Below are positions 14,819 to 25,033 of a DNA stretch of 33,946 nucleotides, piece by piece (position 1 is the first letter of the stretch; the number at the start of each line of letters is the position of its first letter). A program made the translations under genes and the position numbers. The notes under the pieces are model-generated. The model saw nothing but the letters and a program-made list of their open reading frames with translations. It had not been told where the DNA came from and did not search any database. This DNA comes from Bdellovibrionota bacterium. GTDB lineage: Bacteria; Bdellovibrionota_C; UBA2361. The stretch lies in contig JBILDU010000026.1 of assembly GCA_044352465.1 (NCBI GenBank), positions 1 to 33,946 of the forward strand. Reading direction: 5' to 3'.

Positions 14819-17800
14819 ATGTCGAATCAGTTCGTTCACCTTCACCTGCACACTCAATATAGCCTTCTCGACGGCGCAAATAAGATACCCGACGTGCTTG
14901 AGCAGGCGCATAGGATGGGGCAGCCGGCGATCGCGATGACCGATCACGGCAACCTGCACGGGGCGATCGAGTTTTTCTCCGAGGCGAAAAAAATTGGGAT
15001 TAAGCCGATCCTCGGGTGTGAATTGTACGTCACGCCGACCTCACGGTTCGAGCGTAAGACGAAGGCGCAAGGGGGAGGGGGAACCCACCACATCACGGTT
15101 CTCGCGCAGAACCTCGAGGGTTATCACAACCTTTGTCGGCTCTCGAGTCTGGCGTTCAAGGAGGGGTTCTATTTTAAGCCGCGGGTCGATCACGAGTTGC
15201 TCGAGCGATATTCCGAAGGACTGGTGGTTCTCAGTGGGTGTTTAAACGGGGAGCTCGCGTCGGCGCTCAAATACGATGATCTCAAAGCCGCGCGTCAGGT
15301 CATCGAGTTCTATGCACTGAACTTCAAAGACCGTTTCTATCTCGAGGTGCAGCCCCACCCCATTCCGGAGCAGCGGAAGCTCAACCAAGGTTGCGTCGAG
15401 TTCGCCAAATCGATGGGCATACCTCTTGTCGCCACGACCGATTGTCACTACTCCGGCAAGGACGACCACTATGCTCAAGAGGTGCTCATGTGTGTCTCGA
15501 CGGGGAAGCAGGTCACTGACCCCGATCGATTGCGCCACGAGGGGGTGAATCTGCACCTTAAATCGTACGACGAGATGCTGGCTGAATTCGGAGATGTGTC
15601 CTACGCCGAGGAAGCGCTCCGCAATGCGCTCGCTATCGGCGAGACGTGTAACGTGAAGTTTGAGTTCAAGACCCACTTCATGCCCCAATTCGAAAGTGAT
15701 GGGCGACCGCTGATCGAGATGATGGCGGAGCGCGCCCGCGAGGGGTTGGTGCAGCGACTCGAGATTATCGCCGAGCAAACCCCGGACTGGAGCCCGGCGA
15801 AGAAGAAGGTATACGAGGATCGCCTCGAAGAGGAGATTCGGCTCATCGATAGGATGGGATTCGCGGGGTATTTCCTCGTGGTGTCCGACTTTATCGTGTG
15901 GGCGAAGAGCAACGGCGTGCCGGTGGGGCCGGGGCGGGGAAGTGCGGCGGGTTCGCTCGTGGCCTATGCGATGCGCATTACCGATATCGAGCCGATCGCC
16001 AACAAGTTGCTCTTCGAGCGGTTCTTGAATCCGGAGCGTGTCTCACTTCCCGATATCGACGTTGATTTCTGTATTAATGGTCGCGATCGAGTGGTGAAGT
16101 ACGTCGTCGAGAAGTACGGCAAGGAGAAAGTTGCACAGATCGCGACCTTCGGGACGTTGAAGGCTAAGGCGGCGATTAAAGACGTCGGTCGGGCTCTCGG
16201 GCTGAGTTACGCCGAGACCGATAAGGTCGCTCAGTTGGTGCCAGCTCCGCGGCAGGGTTTCGACTTTAGTCTTCCCGAGGCCCTCAAGATGGAGCCCCGC
16301 CTCGCCGAGTATGCGGCGAACGAGGGACGGGAGCTCATCGAGCTAGCTCAGAAGCTTGAGGGGCTTACTCGGCACACCTCGACCCACGCAGCGGGTGTCG
16401 TCATCGGTGATCGACCGTTAGTGGATCTCCTTCCCATGATGGTCGATAAGGACGGCAACGATGTGACCCAATACTCGATGAGCTACGTCGAGAAGATCGG
16501 GCTCGTGAAGTTCGACTTCCTGGGGCTCAAGACGCTCACCGTTATCCATACGGCGTTGCGGATCATCAAAGAAAGTCGGGGGATTGAGCTCAATCTGGAG
16601 ACTTTACCGCTCGGCGACTCGAAGACCTACGCGATCTTGTGCGCGGGGAATACGACCGGTGTTTTTCAGCTTGAATCCTCCGGTATCACCGAGATGACGA
16701 TGCGGCTGAAGCCCAACTGCTTTGATGATCTTGTCGCTATCTTGGCGCTTTATCGGCCGGGACCGCTCGATGCGGGGATGGTGGATCATTACATCGAACG
16801 CAAACACGGGCGACAGCCGGTCCAGTACCTTCATCCTTTGATGAAGAACTCCCTGTCGGACACCTATGGCATCATCCTCTATCAAGAGCAGATCATGCAG
16901 TTGGCGCGTGAGCTCGCGGGGTATTCGCTCGGCGAAGCAGACCTCCTTCGAAAAGCGATGGGTAAAAAGATCCCTGAGGAGATGGCGAAGCAACACGACC
17001 GTTTCGTTCAGGGTGCGGTGGAGCGGAAGATCGACAAACCCCTAGCGGAGGAGATCTTTAGCCAGATGGAGACGTTCGCACGGTACGGCTTCAATCGTTC
17101 TCACTCGGCTGCGTATGCGTTAGTTTCTTTTCAGACCGCCTATCTCAAAGCCCACTACGGGGTCGAATTCATGGCGGCGCTGATGTCGCACGAGATGGAG
17201 GATAGCGACAAGACCCTCAAGAACCTCAACGAGTGCCGGAAGCAAGGTATCGCGGTCCTTCCCCCCGATGTGAACATCAGTCTCGCCGGGTTCTCGGTCC
17301 ACGATGGAAAGGTCCGTTACGGGCTTGAAGCGGTCAAAGGAATCGGTGAAAAGGCGGTGCTCGCTGCGATCGCGGCGCGAGAGAAGGCACTGTTTACCGA
17401 TCTTGAGGACTTTTTGACCCGGGTTGATCTCCATGCCGTTAATCGGCGAGTGCTTGAAAGTCTTATCAAGTGTGGCGCTTTTGACTTCGCCGGGTTTTCA
17501 AGGCGAGAGCTCATTGATCGGCTCGAGGATGCTCTTGCCGCGGCGCAGTCGCTCCAACGAGAAAAAGATACCAATCAGATCTCTCTTTTCGGGGCGAGTT
17601 CCGTGGTATCGACCGTTCCCCGTCGTTCAACGAATCGACCGGAATGGCCGGTGAACCAGAAGCTGGCCTTTGAGCGAGAGGCGCTCGGGTTCTACATCTC
17701 TGGTCACCCCCTTGAAAAATTTAAGCTCGAGATTCGGAAGCTCGGTGCTATATCGGTGGCAGACGTGCGGGCAAAGACCCACCAATCGCAGGCGCGGGTG

Positions 17801-18292
17801 GCTGGAGTGGTGACCGCGCTGAAGCTGAAGAACACGAAGAAGGGCGATCGCTACGCCACGTTTACCCTGGAGGATTATTCGGGCACGGTCGAGACGATCG
17901 TGTGGCCTGATACCTACAAGAACGTCGCCCAAGTCCTTGCAGGTACCGACCCGGTTATCGTGGGTGGAAAGATCGACGTCACCGAGGAGCGGTGCACCTT
18001 TATTACCGACAAGATCGAATCGCTGACGGCGTTGCGCGATCGTCACGCGACGCAAGGGCTCTTGGTGCTTCGCGAGAACGACGATTACGAAGAGAGGCTC
18101 GATGCATTGCTCGGCGTATTTAAGCGGCACGCCGGGAGCTGCCCGGTGAAAGTCAAGATAGAGGTCGACGGCGTTGAGGTGTCGTTGATGCTCAAGGATA
18201 CACGCGAGGCTCCGGTGAGCGTGGTGCCGTCGGAGTCGTTGTGCGACGAGGTTGAGCAGCTTTTCGGGCGCCCGGTGTTGTCGTTTATGTAG
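14819..18292 (+). CDS. dnaE: DNA polymerase III subunit alpha
   Basis: FVHLHLHTQYSLLDGA, GPGRGSAAGS, PDIDVDF, KFDFLGL, YGFNRSH, QISLF clamp-binding motif, OB fold. No intein. Confidence 0.99.
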   Translation: MSNQFVHLHLHTQYSLLDGANKIPDVLEQAHRMGQPAIAMTDHGNLHGAIEFFSEAKKIGIKPILGCELYVTPTSRFERKTKAQGGGGTHHITVLAQNLEGYHNLCRLSSLAFKEGFYFKPRVDHELLERYSEGLVVLSGCLNGELASALKYDDLKAARQVIEFYALNFKDRFYLEVQPHPIPEQRKLNQGCVEFAKSMGIPLVATTDCHYSGKDDHYAQEVLMCVSTGKQVTDPDRLRHEGVNLHLKSYDEMLAEFGDVSYAEEALRNALAIGETCNVKFEFKTHFMPQFESDGRPLIEMMAERAREGLVQRLEIIAEQTPDWSPAKKKVYEDRLEEEIRLIDRMGFAGYFLVVSDFIVWAKSNGVPVGPGRGSAAGSLVAYAMRITDIEPIANKLLFERFLNPERVSLPDIDVDFCINGRDRVVKYVVEKYGKEKVAQIATFGTLKAKAAIKDVGRALGLSYAETDKVAQLVPAPRQGFDFSLPEALKMEPRLAEYAANEGRELIELAQKLEGLTRHTSTHAAGVVIGDRPLVDLLPMMVDKDGNDVTQYSMSYVEKIGLVKFDFLGLKTLTVIHTALRIIKESRGIELNLETLPLGDSKTYAILCAGNTTGVFQLESSGITEMTMRLKPNCFDDLVAILALYRPGPLDAGMVDHYIERKHGRQPVQYLHPLMKNSLSDTYGIILYQEQIMQLARELAGYSLGEADLLRKAMGKKIPEEMAKQHDRFVQGAVERKIDKPLAEEIFSQMETFARYGFNRSHSAAYALVSFQTAYLKAHYGVEFMAALMSHEMEDSDKTLKNLNECRKQGIAVLPPDVNISLAGFSVHDGKVRYGLEAVKGIGEKAVLAAIAAREKALFTDLEDFLTRVDLHAVNRRVLESLIKCGAFDFAGFSRRELIDRLEDALAAAQSLQREKDTNQISLFGASSVVSTVPRRSTNRPEWPVNQKLAFEREALGFYISGHPLEKFKLEIRKLGAISVADVRAKTHQSQARVAGVVTALKLKNTKKGDRYATFTLEDYSGTVETIVWPDTYKNVAQVLAGTDPVIVGGKIDVTEERCTFITDKIESLTALRDRHATQGLLVLRENDDYEERLDALLGVFKRHAGSCPVKVKIEVDGVEVSLMLKDTREAPVSVVPSESLCDEVEQLFGRPVLSFM

Positions 18293-18306
18293 GCAAGGGG
18301 AATCGT

Positions 18307-19377
18307 ATGAGTCGCGCAAAGGATACCGTATCGGTTCTTCCTCCACCGTGGATTACCCTCCTCGGGGCGATCGCCGTGGGGGTTTGGCTCATCGTCCAAC
18401 TAAAGGAGATCGTTGTTTTGTTGGTGGTCGCGTATGCGATCGCGTATATCATCGCGCCGTTGCTGGGGGGCCTCGAGCGGCGTCGAATTCCACGGTCGGT
18501 CGGCTTCTTTCTCATCGGCGGGGGCCTCGTCGTGGCGCTATTTCTGTTGGGGATCACGGCGATTCCAACTCTCGAGCGCGAGTATCAGAAGCTCGCAGCG
18601 AATCTCCCCCAGTACGTTGAGGTGGCACGCGAGCGGGTAGGGGGGCTGGTGACGACGCTGAAGGACCATCTTCCCGCGCGGTTTCTTCCAGCGCCGACTG
18701 AGACGGGGGCTCCGGCGATCCCCGGTGTGCCGAGCGGTGCAGTGGAGAAGCTTTTGCGGGGAGCCACGGCGGCGCTCCTCAGTGGGTATTCATTGACGTT
18801 AACGATTCTCAACCTGGCACTTCTCCCTTTTCTGACGTTCTACATAGCGGTCGATTTTAATGCCCTGCATCGGCAGGCGCTGGCCCTCTTTCCGATGGGG
18901 GCACGGCGGCGCGTGCGCGACATCGCTCTTGAAATCGATAGTTATGTGTCTGCGTTCGTGCGTGGCCAGTTTATGATCGGGACGATTTTGTTCCTCCTCT
19001 ACGGCGCGGGGCTGTGGTTCGTGGGGGTCGAACTTTGGCTTCTCCTCGCTCTGATCGCCGGTTTTGGCAACATCGTGCCGTATCTCGGCTTCCTCGCCGG
19101 GATCGTGCTGAGCACCTTGATGGCCCTGGTTACCTTCGGTGATTTTGCCCACGTTGTGCAGGTTTGGGTCGTCTTCGCGATCGTTCAGGGACTCGAAGGC
19201 ACGGTCATTACTCCGCGTATCTTAGGGGAGAAGGTCGGTCTTTCCCCCCTCGCCGTTATCCTTGCCCTCGTTGTGGGTGGACAATTGTTCGGTCTTTTGG
19301 GGGTTTTTCTGGCTGTTCCTGCCGCTGCGGCGCTCCGGGTGCTCGGCGGATATCTCCACGGTCGATTGGTCGGATAG
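18307..19377 (+). CDS. AI-2E family transporter
   Basis: Multi-TM protein, FVRGQ, NIVPYLG, LEGTVITPRILGEKVGLSP, GLLGVFLAVP. Confidence 0.93.
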   Translation: MSRAKDTVSVLPPPWITLLGAIAVGVWLIVQLKEIVVLLVVAYAIAYIIAPLLGGLERRRIPRSVGFFLIGGGLVVALFLLGITAIPTLEREYQKLAANLPQYVEVARERVGGLVTTLKDHLPARFLPAPTETGAPAIPGVPSGAVEKLLRGATAALLSGYSLTLTILNLALLPFLTFYIAVDFNALHRQALALFPMGARRRVRDIALEIDSYVSAFVRGQFMIGTILFLLYGAGLWFVGVELWLLLALIAGFGNIVPYLGFLAGIVLSTLMALVTFGDFAHVVQVWVVFAIVQGLEGTVITPRILGEKVGLSPLAVILALVVGGQLFGLLGVFLAVPAAAALRVLGGYLHGRLVG

Positions 19378-19444
19378 ATTGTCCGCGCGGTGACGATTTG
19401 AAAACGGGTGGCTCCTCCACGTATGATGCAAGGCTGAGAATTTT

Positions 19445-20323
19445 ATGATCGAGGCTGGTTTCAACGACTTCTTGTTTGATGCTCCGCAGGTCAGGCGTTT
19501 AATTCAACTTGCGATTGAGGAGGATCTGCCGGCCGGCGATGTAACGGCGGCTTTGACGATCCCGGCGGAGAAGCCGGGACGGGCAACGATCCTCGCGCGC
19601 GAGCCGTTGGTGGCGTGTGGAATCCCGATTGCACCGGCTGTCTTTCGGGAATTCGGTTGGTCGGCCGTTGTGGAGCCAAGCGTCGTTGAGGGGAGCCTTG
19701 TTGCGGCGGGGACACCGCTGGCGCGGATTTCGGCCCAGACTCGCCATATCGTCGCGGCTGAACGGATAATTCTCAATTTTATGCAACGTCTGTCGGGAGT
19801 CGCAACGGGGACTCGGCGGGTGGTCGACCAAGCCCACGGAGTCACGGTACTCGATACGCGGAAGACCACCCCGGGATGGCGGCTCCTTGAGAAATATGCG
19901 GTGCGGGTCGGTGGTGGAGCCAATCACCGCGGCAGCTTGAGCGATATGGTGTTGGTCAAGAACAACCATATCGCAGCGCACGGGGGAAATGTTCGGGAGA
20001 CGTTGCGGCGGGTATTCGGGGCGAAGCCGCTGTACCTTCCGGTCGAGGTAGAGGTTCGTTCCCTCGAAGAACTAACAGCGGCGCTCGAGTTTGAGGTAGC
20101 TGTTATCATGCTCGATAATATGCCGACCGCGCTTATCGCTGAAGCGCTCGCGCGGATTGGGGCGAAGCGGCCCGGGCTCCCGGTAGAGATCTCGGGAGGG
20201 GTAACCGTCGAGCGGCTGGCGGAGCTCGCGCGGGTTGGGGTGAAGCTTGTTTCAATGGGAGCGTTGACGACGCAAGCTCGCAACGTCGATATCTCTCTCC
20301 GACTCGAAGGGGGTGGCGTATGA
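19445..20323 (+). CDS. nadC: quinolinate phosphoribosyltransferase (nicotinate-nucleotide diphosphorylase)
   Basis: EEDLPAGDVT, ERIILN, DTRKTTPGWR, NHR, EVEV, IMLDN, SGG. Confidence 0.96.
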   Translation: MIEAGFNDFLFDAPQVRRLIQLAIEEDLPAGDVTAALTIPAEKPGRATILAREPLVACGIPIAPAVFREFGWSAVVEPSVVEGSLVAAGTPLARISAQTRHIVAAERIILNFMQRLSGVATGTRRVVDQAHGVTVLDTRKTTPGWRLLEKYAVRVGGGANHRGSLSDMVLVKNNHIAAHGGNVRETLRRVFGAKPLYLPVEVEVRSLEELTAALEFEVAVIMLDNMPTALIAEALARIGAKRPGLPVEISGGVTVERLAELARVGVKLVSMGALTTQARNVDISLRLEGGGV

Positions 20324-21102
20324 GTGGGGTTGATCCCGTACGTCTGACCGCGTGGGAGGCCCGCATCGTCGCTGGATTGCCGCGCGGGTGGCGGATCGAA
20401 TGCTACGGAGAGGTTTCCTCGACGATGGACGCCGCGCGGGCTTTGACGGTGCGGCCCGGTGAGGCTGCGCTCGTTATGGCGGAGCATCAGTCCCAGGGGC
20501 GGGGTCGACAAGGCCGCGCATGGGTAGGACCAGCGAGTGGGTTTCTCGGCACGTTTGTGTTTACGACCGGGCGGGAAGTTCAGTCCCTCGGGGGGTTCTC
20601 ACTTGCGGCGGGAGTCGCGGTTTACGAGCTCCTCCGCGAACTCGGGTGCGAGGTCGGGCTTAAGTGGCCAAACGATCTGATGACTCCTGATGGCCGTAAG
20701 GTCGGAGGGATTCTCGTGGAGCTCGTGCCGGCGGGGGATCTGACCACTCTACTGACCGGGATCGGGGTGAATCTTCTTGGTGAACCGACCGACGTCCCCG
20801 GGGTGACCTCGGTGGCGACGCTGGGTGGGGGAGCCCTTACTCCAGCCGACTTCGCCATCCGGCTGGCGGAGAAGCTTTGGCGTATCTGGGGTGAATTCGA
20901 GGCGCACGGATTGGCCGCGGTGCGACAGCGGTGGCTCGCCGCCGCGCTTTTCGTCGGAGCACCGATCGGGGTGGATCTCGGCCAAGAGACGGTGCGTGGA
21001 ATTTTCACTGGCATAGACTCGATCGGGCGGATGGTCCTCGACGTTGGCGGAAGTGCGCGGGTAGTGGCGGCCGGCCACATCGTTGAACGGCCCGGTTTAT
21101 AG
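20320..21102 (+). CDS. birA: biotin-[acetyl-CoA carboxylase] ligase (class I, no HTH)
   Basis: SSTMD, QSQGRGRQGRAW, LKWPNDL, KVGGILVE, GIGVN. ATGA overlap with nadC. Confidence 0.95.
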   Translation: MSGVDPVRLTAWEARIVAGLPRGWRIECYGEVSSTMDAARALTVRPGEAALVMAEHQSQGRGRQGRAWVGPASGFLGTFVFTTGREVQSLGGFSLAAGVAVYELLRELGCEVGLKWPNDLMTPDGRKVGGILVELVPAGDLTTLLTGIGVNLLGEPTDVPGVTSVATLGGGALTPADFAIRLAEKLWRIWGEFEAHGLAAVRQRWLAAALFVGAPIGVDLGQETVRGIFTGIDSIGRMVLDVGGSARVVAAGHIVERPGL

Positions 21103-21117
21103 AGGAAAAGGTGGGAT

Positions 21118-21888
21118 ATGTTACTCGTGATCGATATCGGCAACACCAACATCGTCATCGGTGGCTTTCGGGGCGAAGACCTGTTGTTCGAGTTCCGCTT
21201 GAAGACCGATCCGGGTCGAACGATCGATGAGTATTCGGCGCTCTTGTTTAGCTTGATCGATCGGAAACTTGGGCCGGGTGCTCATTTCTCCGAGTGCGTT
21301 ATCTCAAGCGTCGTGCCGCCACTGACAAATGATTTAGTGAGCCTCGTTGAGGAGAGTTTCGGGCTGAAGCCCCTGGTCGTTGGTCCAGGGATCAAAACCG
21401 GTCTCTCGATAAAGATCGCCAATCCGAGCACGGTAGGAGCGGATCGGGTCGTCAATGCGGTCGCAGCTAAGGTTCTCTTCGGTACGCCTGCGCTGGTCAT
21501 CGACTTTGGGACGGGGACGACCTTTGACTATATCGGCAAAGATGGGAGCTACGAGGGCGGAGTTATCTGTCCAGGCCCGTATATCGCCCTCGATGCGTTG
21601 GTGAAAAATACCGCCAAGCTTCCCCGTATCGAGTTTGTATGGCCGAAAAGCTTTGTTGGTCGTGACACCATTTCAGCGATGCAGGCCGGTGCGGTCGGCG
21701 GCTACGGCTGCATGGTCGACGGACTCGTTGATCGCATCGTTCAAGAGCTCGGGCCGATTGAGCATGTGGTTGCAACCGGCGGCCTCGGGCGGGTTTTCGC
21801 TGCCCATTCCACCCGTATTAAGCGCTACGATCCCCATCTGACCCTGAAGGGGATGCGAATATTGGCTGAGCTTAATCGAGAGGTGTAG
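21118..21888 (+). CDS. coaX: type III pantothenate kinase
   Basis: LLVIDIGNTNIV, SSVVP, VGADR, DFGTGTTFD, ATGG, LTLKG. Confidence 0.97.
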   Translation: MLLVIDIGNTNIVIGGFRGEDLLFEFRLKTDPGRTIDEYSALLFSLIDRKLGPGAHFSECVISSVVPPLTNDLVSLVEESFGLKPLVVGPGIKTGLSIKIANPSTVGADRVVNAVAAKVLFGTPALVIDFGTGTTFDYIGKDGSYEGGVICPGPYIALDALVKNTAKLPRIEFVWPKSFVGRDTISAMQAGAVGGYGCMVDGLVDRIVQELGPIEHVVATGGLGRVFAAHSTRIKRYDPHLTLKGMRILAELNREV

Positions 21889-21956
21889 AAATCCCCTCCA
21901 AGCTGCGAAGAGCCTGCTAAGCCGAACGAAGCTCGCCGGCGGACCAGATAAAAAAG

Positions 21957-23660
21957 CTAGAGATTCCGCTGTACCTCTTGGAGGACGGTGGGGAGCCGGG
22001 TAACGGGAGCTTCGCGGAAAAGACCGTTAGCGGCGCGAGCGATTTTCTCAAGATCGGAGAAATCGATTTCGTCTCGATCGATCCCCACGATGATGAGATT
22101 GACGTCGTACTGAACGAGCTTGGTGTTGAGCGAATCGATGAGTCCTTGGAGCGTTGATTCTGAGTTCTTGTCTTGGCCATCGGTGATGACGAGGATCGAC
22201 TTTCGGAACGAGCGGAGATCGGAGGATGCGATAAGTTCCATGGCCGCCCGGATGCCGTCATACACCGCGCTTCCGCCGAGCGACTGAATCGGATCGAGTG
22301 CGCGTATGACTGCGCCGCTATCGACCGAGAAAGGCGACTCCACCTTGGCGGTTGTTGAGAAGGTTACCAGCGCTTTCTTGTCTCGCTCGGGAAGTCGGGC
22401 CACCAAATTGCGGATAAAATCCTTCGACAGCCGCAAATTCTCCCCCTCCATACTCCCTGAGTTGTCGAGAACAACCGCGAGCGCTGCGGGACGTTTGAGT
22501 TCACCCCACCGCTCCGTCAGAAGCTTGAGTGCCGAGCCCTCTGCCGGCGGGAAGGTCTGCGAGAGTGCGCTGAGCTCTACTCCGAATTCGGGGGTGAGGG
22601 GGGGCACCGCTGCGGGTGAGTCCTTCAGGCGGAATCCTTTGGCTTGGGCGGCCTTCTGCGCCGCCGGGGAGGTCATCACTTCGCGGAAGAGCCGCAGGAT
22701 GGCTTGTTGGGCGGGTGTCACCCAATCGGCTTTCGAGGTGCACAGTTGATAGTCTTGTACCACCGAGCCCTCCTCAGGGTAGAGCGCCGTGAGCGCCGGT
22801 GCTCCCGGCGCGCGGTTGGCGTTATAGAGGGCAAGCTGCTGCTCGGTTGTCAGGGTGAAGCGGATTCGTTTCGTGGTAGCTCGAGCGGTGCGTTCGAGGA
22901 GGAATGCCTCGCTCAGACTGTAGTTTGAAACAACATCTTCGAACCGTTCGAGCCGCTTGAGGGTCAAGCCCCGTTCAATCCCGTCACCTGTCAGCGGTGC
23001 TGGGCTATTTGCCGCGAGGTAGGTGAGGAGGAGGAGGCTATCCATGCCGGAGACCGAGGCGTCCGGGGCTGCATGCGAGTAGGAGAGGTAGCCGGCATCG
23101 GGATTTTCGGCTGAGGTCGCCAGTTTGGACTCGAATATTTCCCGCCAAGAGAAGCGGTGGGTCGATGTATTAAAGAACTCCCGATTTTCAGGTCGAGTAG
23201 CTGCAACCACCGGGGTGCTAAAGAGCGGCAGGCAGTCGGTCTGTTCCGCGCCGAGTCCGTGGAGCGACGAATTGACGAGATTCACGAGCGAGGTCGAGGA
23301 GGTAAGCCACGCTTCATTTTTAAACTCCCCTGAGGCGATTTTACGCGCGGCGATGATCCCGATCTCGGAGATAAGTTCGATCGTTATCTTCGTTCCATCG
23401 GGGAGCACCGGGTGGGCCAGGTAGAGCTGCTCTTTGAGTTCGCTCAGGTAGCTACGCAGCTCCGGTCCATGGACGATCCGTATCGTTGCCGACTTCACTG
23501 CGGGGGCGGGCTCCTCCTGGCGCTCGCATCCCGCGAGAAGGAGAGCGCTTGCTGTCAGGGCAAGCAGACTGGAGACAAACGGGGTGGTTGGGCGGCATCT
23601 CCACCGCACTCGCTGTTCCTTCGTCACCATGTGGGGCACCTTTTCGTACTTCACGTCCAT
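21957..23660 (-). CDS. lipoprotein with solute-binding-like domain and C-terminal VWA domain
   Basis: Lipobox LLLAGC, SBP-like region (LYPEEGS), MIDAS DNSGSM, ITDG. Start codon uncertain (23660 or 23630). Confidence 0.85.
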   Translation of the reverse strand: MDVKYEKVPHMVTKEQRVRWRCRPTTPFVSSLLALTASALLLAGCERQEEPAPAVKSATIRIVHGPELRSYLSELKEQLYLAHPVLPDGTKITIELISEIGIIAARKIASGEFKNEAWLTSSTSLVNLVNSSLHGLGAEQTDCLPLFSTPVVAATRPENREFFNTSTHRFSWREIFESKLATSAENPDAGYLSYSHAAPDASVSGMDSLLLLTYLAANSPAPLTGDGIERGLTLKRLERFEDVVSNYSLSEAFLLERTARATTKRIRFTLTTEQQLALYNANRAPGAPALTALYPEEGSVVQDYQLCTSKADWVTPAQQAILRLFREVMTSPAAQKAAQAKGFRLKDSPAAVPPLTPEFGVELSALSQTFPPAEGSALKLLTERWGELKRPAALAVVLDNSGSMEGENLRLSKDFIRNLVARLPERDKKALVTFSTTAKVESPFSVDSGAVIRALDPIQSLGGSAVYDGIRAAMELIASSDLRSFRKSILVITDGQDKNSESTLQGLIDSLNTKLVQYDVNLIIVGIDRDEIDFSDLEKIARAANGLFREAPVTRLPTVLQEVQRNL

Positions 23661-23763
23661 TGCTCCAAACGTTGCCGGGGGCCGCGCGGCTCGCCGCGGT
23701 GTGTCTATTCATCTGCCGCGGCCATTTCCGGCCGCTACCGACCCTGCTTGGTCGTCGCGAAAA

Positions 23764-24804
23764 TCATCCTTCGCCGCTATCCTTCGCCCCCGGTTTCCCT
23801 AGGCGAAGAAGTGCTGCTAACGCGCGGTTCCACTGTCGCACTGGAACAGCAGGGTACCCCGCGTAGTCGCCTTTGGAGGTGATATCGCGCACGACACCCG
23901 AGCGGGAAGCAAAACGAGCGCCAGACGCAATCGAAATGTGATCCGCCACGCCAGCGCTACCTGCCAGGACCACCTGGTCGCCGATCACCGAACTCCCGGC
24001 GATGCCGACCTGTCCACACAGGATCGAGTGCCGCCCGATAACCGTGTTGTGACCGACTTGAACCAGATTGTCGATCTTTGTGCCAAGGCCGATCTTCGTC
24101 TCCCCAAAGGTCGCCCGGTCGATGCAGCTATTGGCTCCGATGTCGACCCGGTCGCCGAGCACCACGGTGCCCACCTGAGGGACCGGTGCAAGCCCGAGGG
24201 TAGGGTCGGGGGTGTATCCGAAGCCGTCCGCGCCTACTACCGCACCGTTCTGCACAAGCGAGTCGGCGCCAACAACGCACTCCTCTCGGATGATCGCACC
24301 GGAGTGGAGCACCGTGCGTGCCCCGATGTGCACTCCGGGGTAGAGAACAACATGGGGATGAATCACCACATCATCCTCAATCACGACTCGGGGACCGATC
24401 GATGAAAAAGCTCCGATCGTGACCCTTGCCCCTATTTTGGCGCCGGGGTCGACGTCTGCTTTCGGACTAATTCCTTGGGTGCGTTCCGCGCCCTCAAAAA
24501 AGAGCGGCACGACCTTGGTCATCGCAAGAACGGGGTCGGTGACAGCGATAAGCGGCATCGCAAGCGGAGTCGCTGGAGACACCGCGCGATGATCGACGAT
24601 GACCGCGCCACACCGGAGGTCAGCGAGCACCTTGGTGAGCTGTGGCGAGCTGGCGACACGGCTAAACGTGATGGCGTGGGGGGTCGGTGTGTCGAAGCTA
24701 CACAGACTGCTAATCGGGGTCGTCGCATCTCCGTGAACGACTCCGTTCACAACGCGTGCTATCTCGGAGAGGGGAATAGGAGTTGTAAGGTGTCGACGGG
24801 GCAT
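23764..24804 (-). CDS. lpxD: UDP-3-O-(3-hydroxyacyl)glucosamine N-acyltransferase
   Basis: Hexapeptide repeats, GADGFGY, VPQVG, IGANSCIDR, KIDNLVQVGHN. Confidence 0.96.
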   Translation of the reverse strand: MPRRHLTTPIPLSEIARVVNGVVHGDATTPISSLCSFDTPTPHAITFSRVASSPQLTKVLADLRCGAVIVDHRAVSPATPLAMPLIAVTDPVLAMTKVVPLFFEGAERTQGISPKADVDPGAKIGARVTIGAFSSIGPRVVIEDDVVIHPHVVLYPGVHIGARTVLHSGAIIREECVVGADSLVQNGAVVGADGFGYTPDPTLGLAPVPQVGTVVLGDRVDIGANSCIDRATFGETKIGLGTKIDNLVQVGHNTVIGRHSILCGQVGIAGSSVIGDQVVLAGSAGVADHISIASGARFASRSGVVRDITSKGDYAGYPAVPVRQWNRALAALLRLGKPGAKDSGEG

Positions 24805-24906
24805 CGCAACAACGCTTTTTGATTATTCGCCGAGTACTATAGGAAATCATACCCCTTATGGGAAGGAACGACCGCTCGGAAAGGGGGAACGCAGCCCAAG
24901 ACAAAC

Positions 24907-24938
24907 AAAAAAGCACTCACCCGTTTCCGAGTGAGTGC
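24907..24938 (-). terminator. Rho-independent terminator between tatC and lpxD
   Basis: Minus strand GCACTCACTCG-GAAA-CGGGTGAGTGC-TTTTTT. Confidence 0.9.
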
Positions 24939-25026
24939 CCCGTCTTCGGTAGAGTTTCGAACGCCAGCGGGAGCCATTCGGGAAGCTAAGAACGGGGAGG
25001 GATGGCAGCCCACCAACGAACCCTAC
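24907..25026 (-). ncRNA. candidate small RNA (~120 nt) with C-rich loop
   Basis: Own promoter, a long G-U-rich hairpin starting at the predicted +1, then the terminator. No convincing ORF. Confidence 0.55.
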
Positions 25027-25033
25027 TCTCTCT

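Noticed and set aside
14819..18292. Intein or split dnaE
   Set aside because: Normal length (1157 aa), continuous motifs around YGFNRSH, no splice-junction signatures.
19445..21888. nadC-birA-coaX cofactor cluster as a novelty
   Set aside because: This gene order is already familiar from other bacteria.
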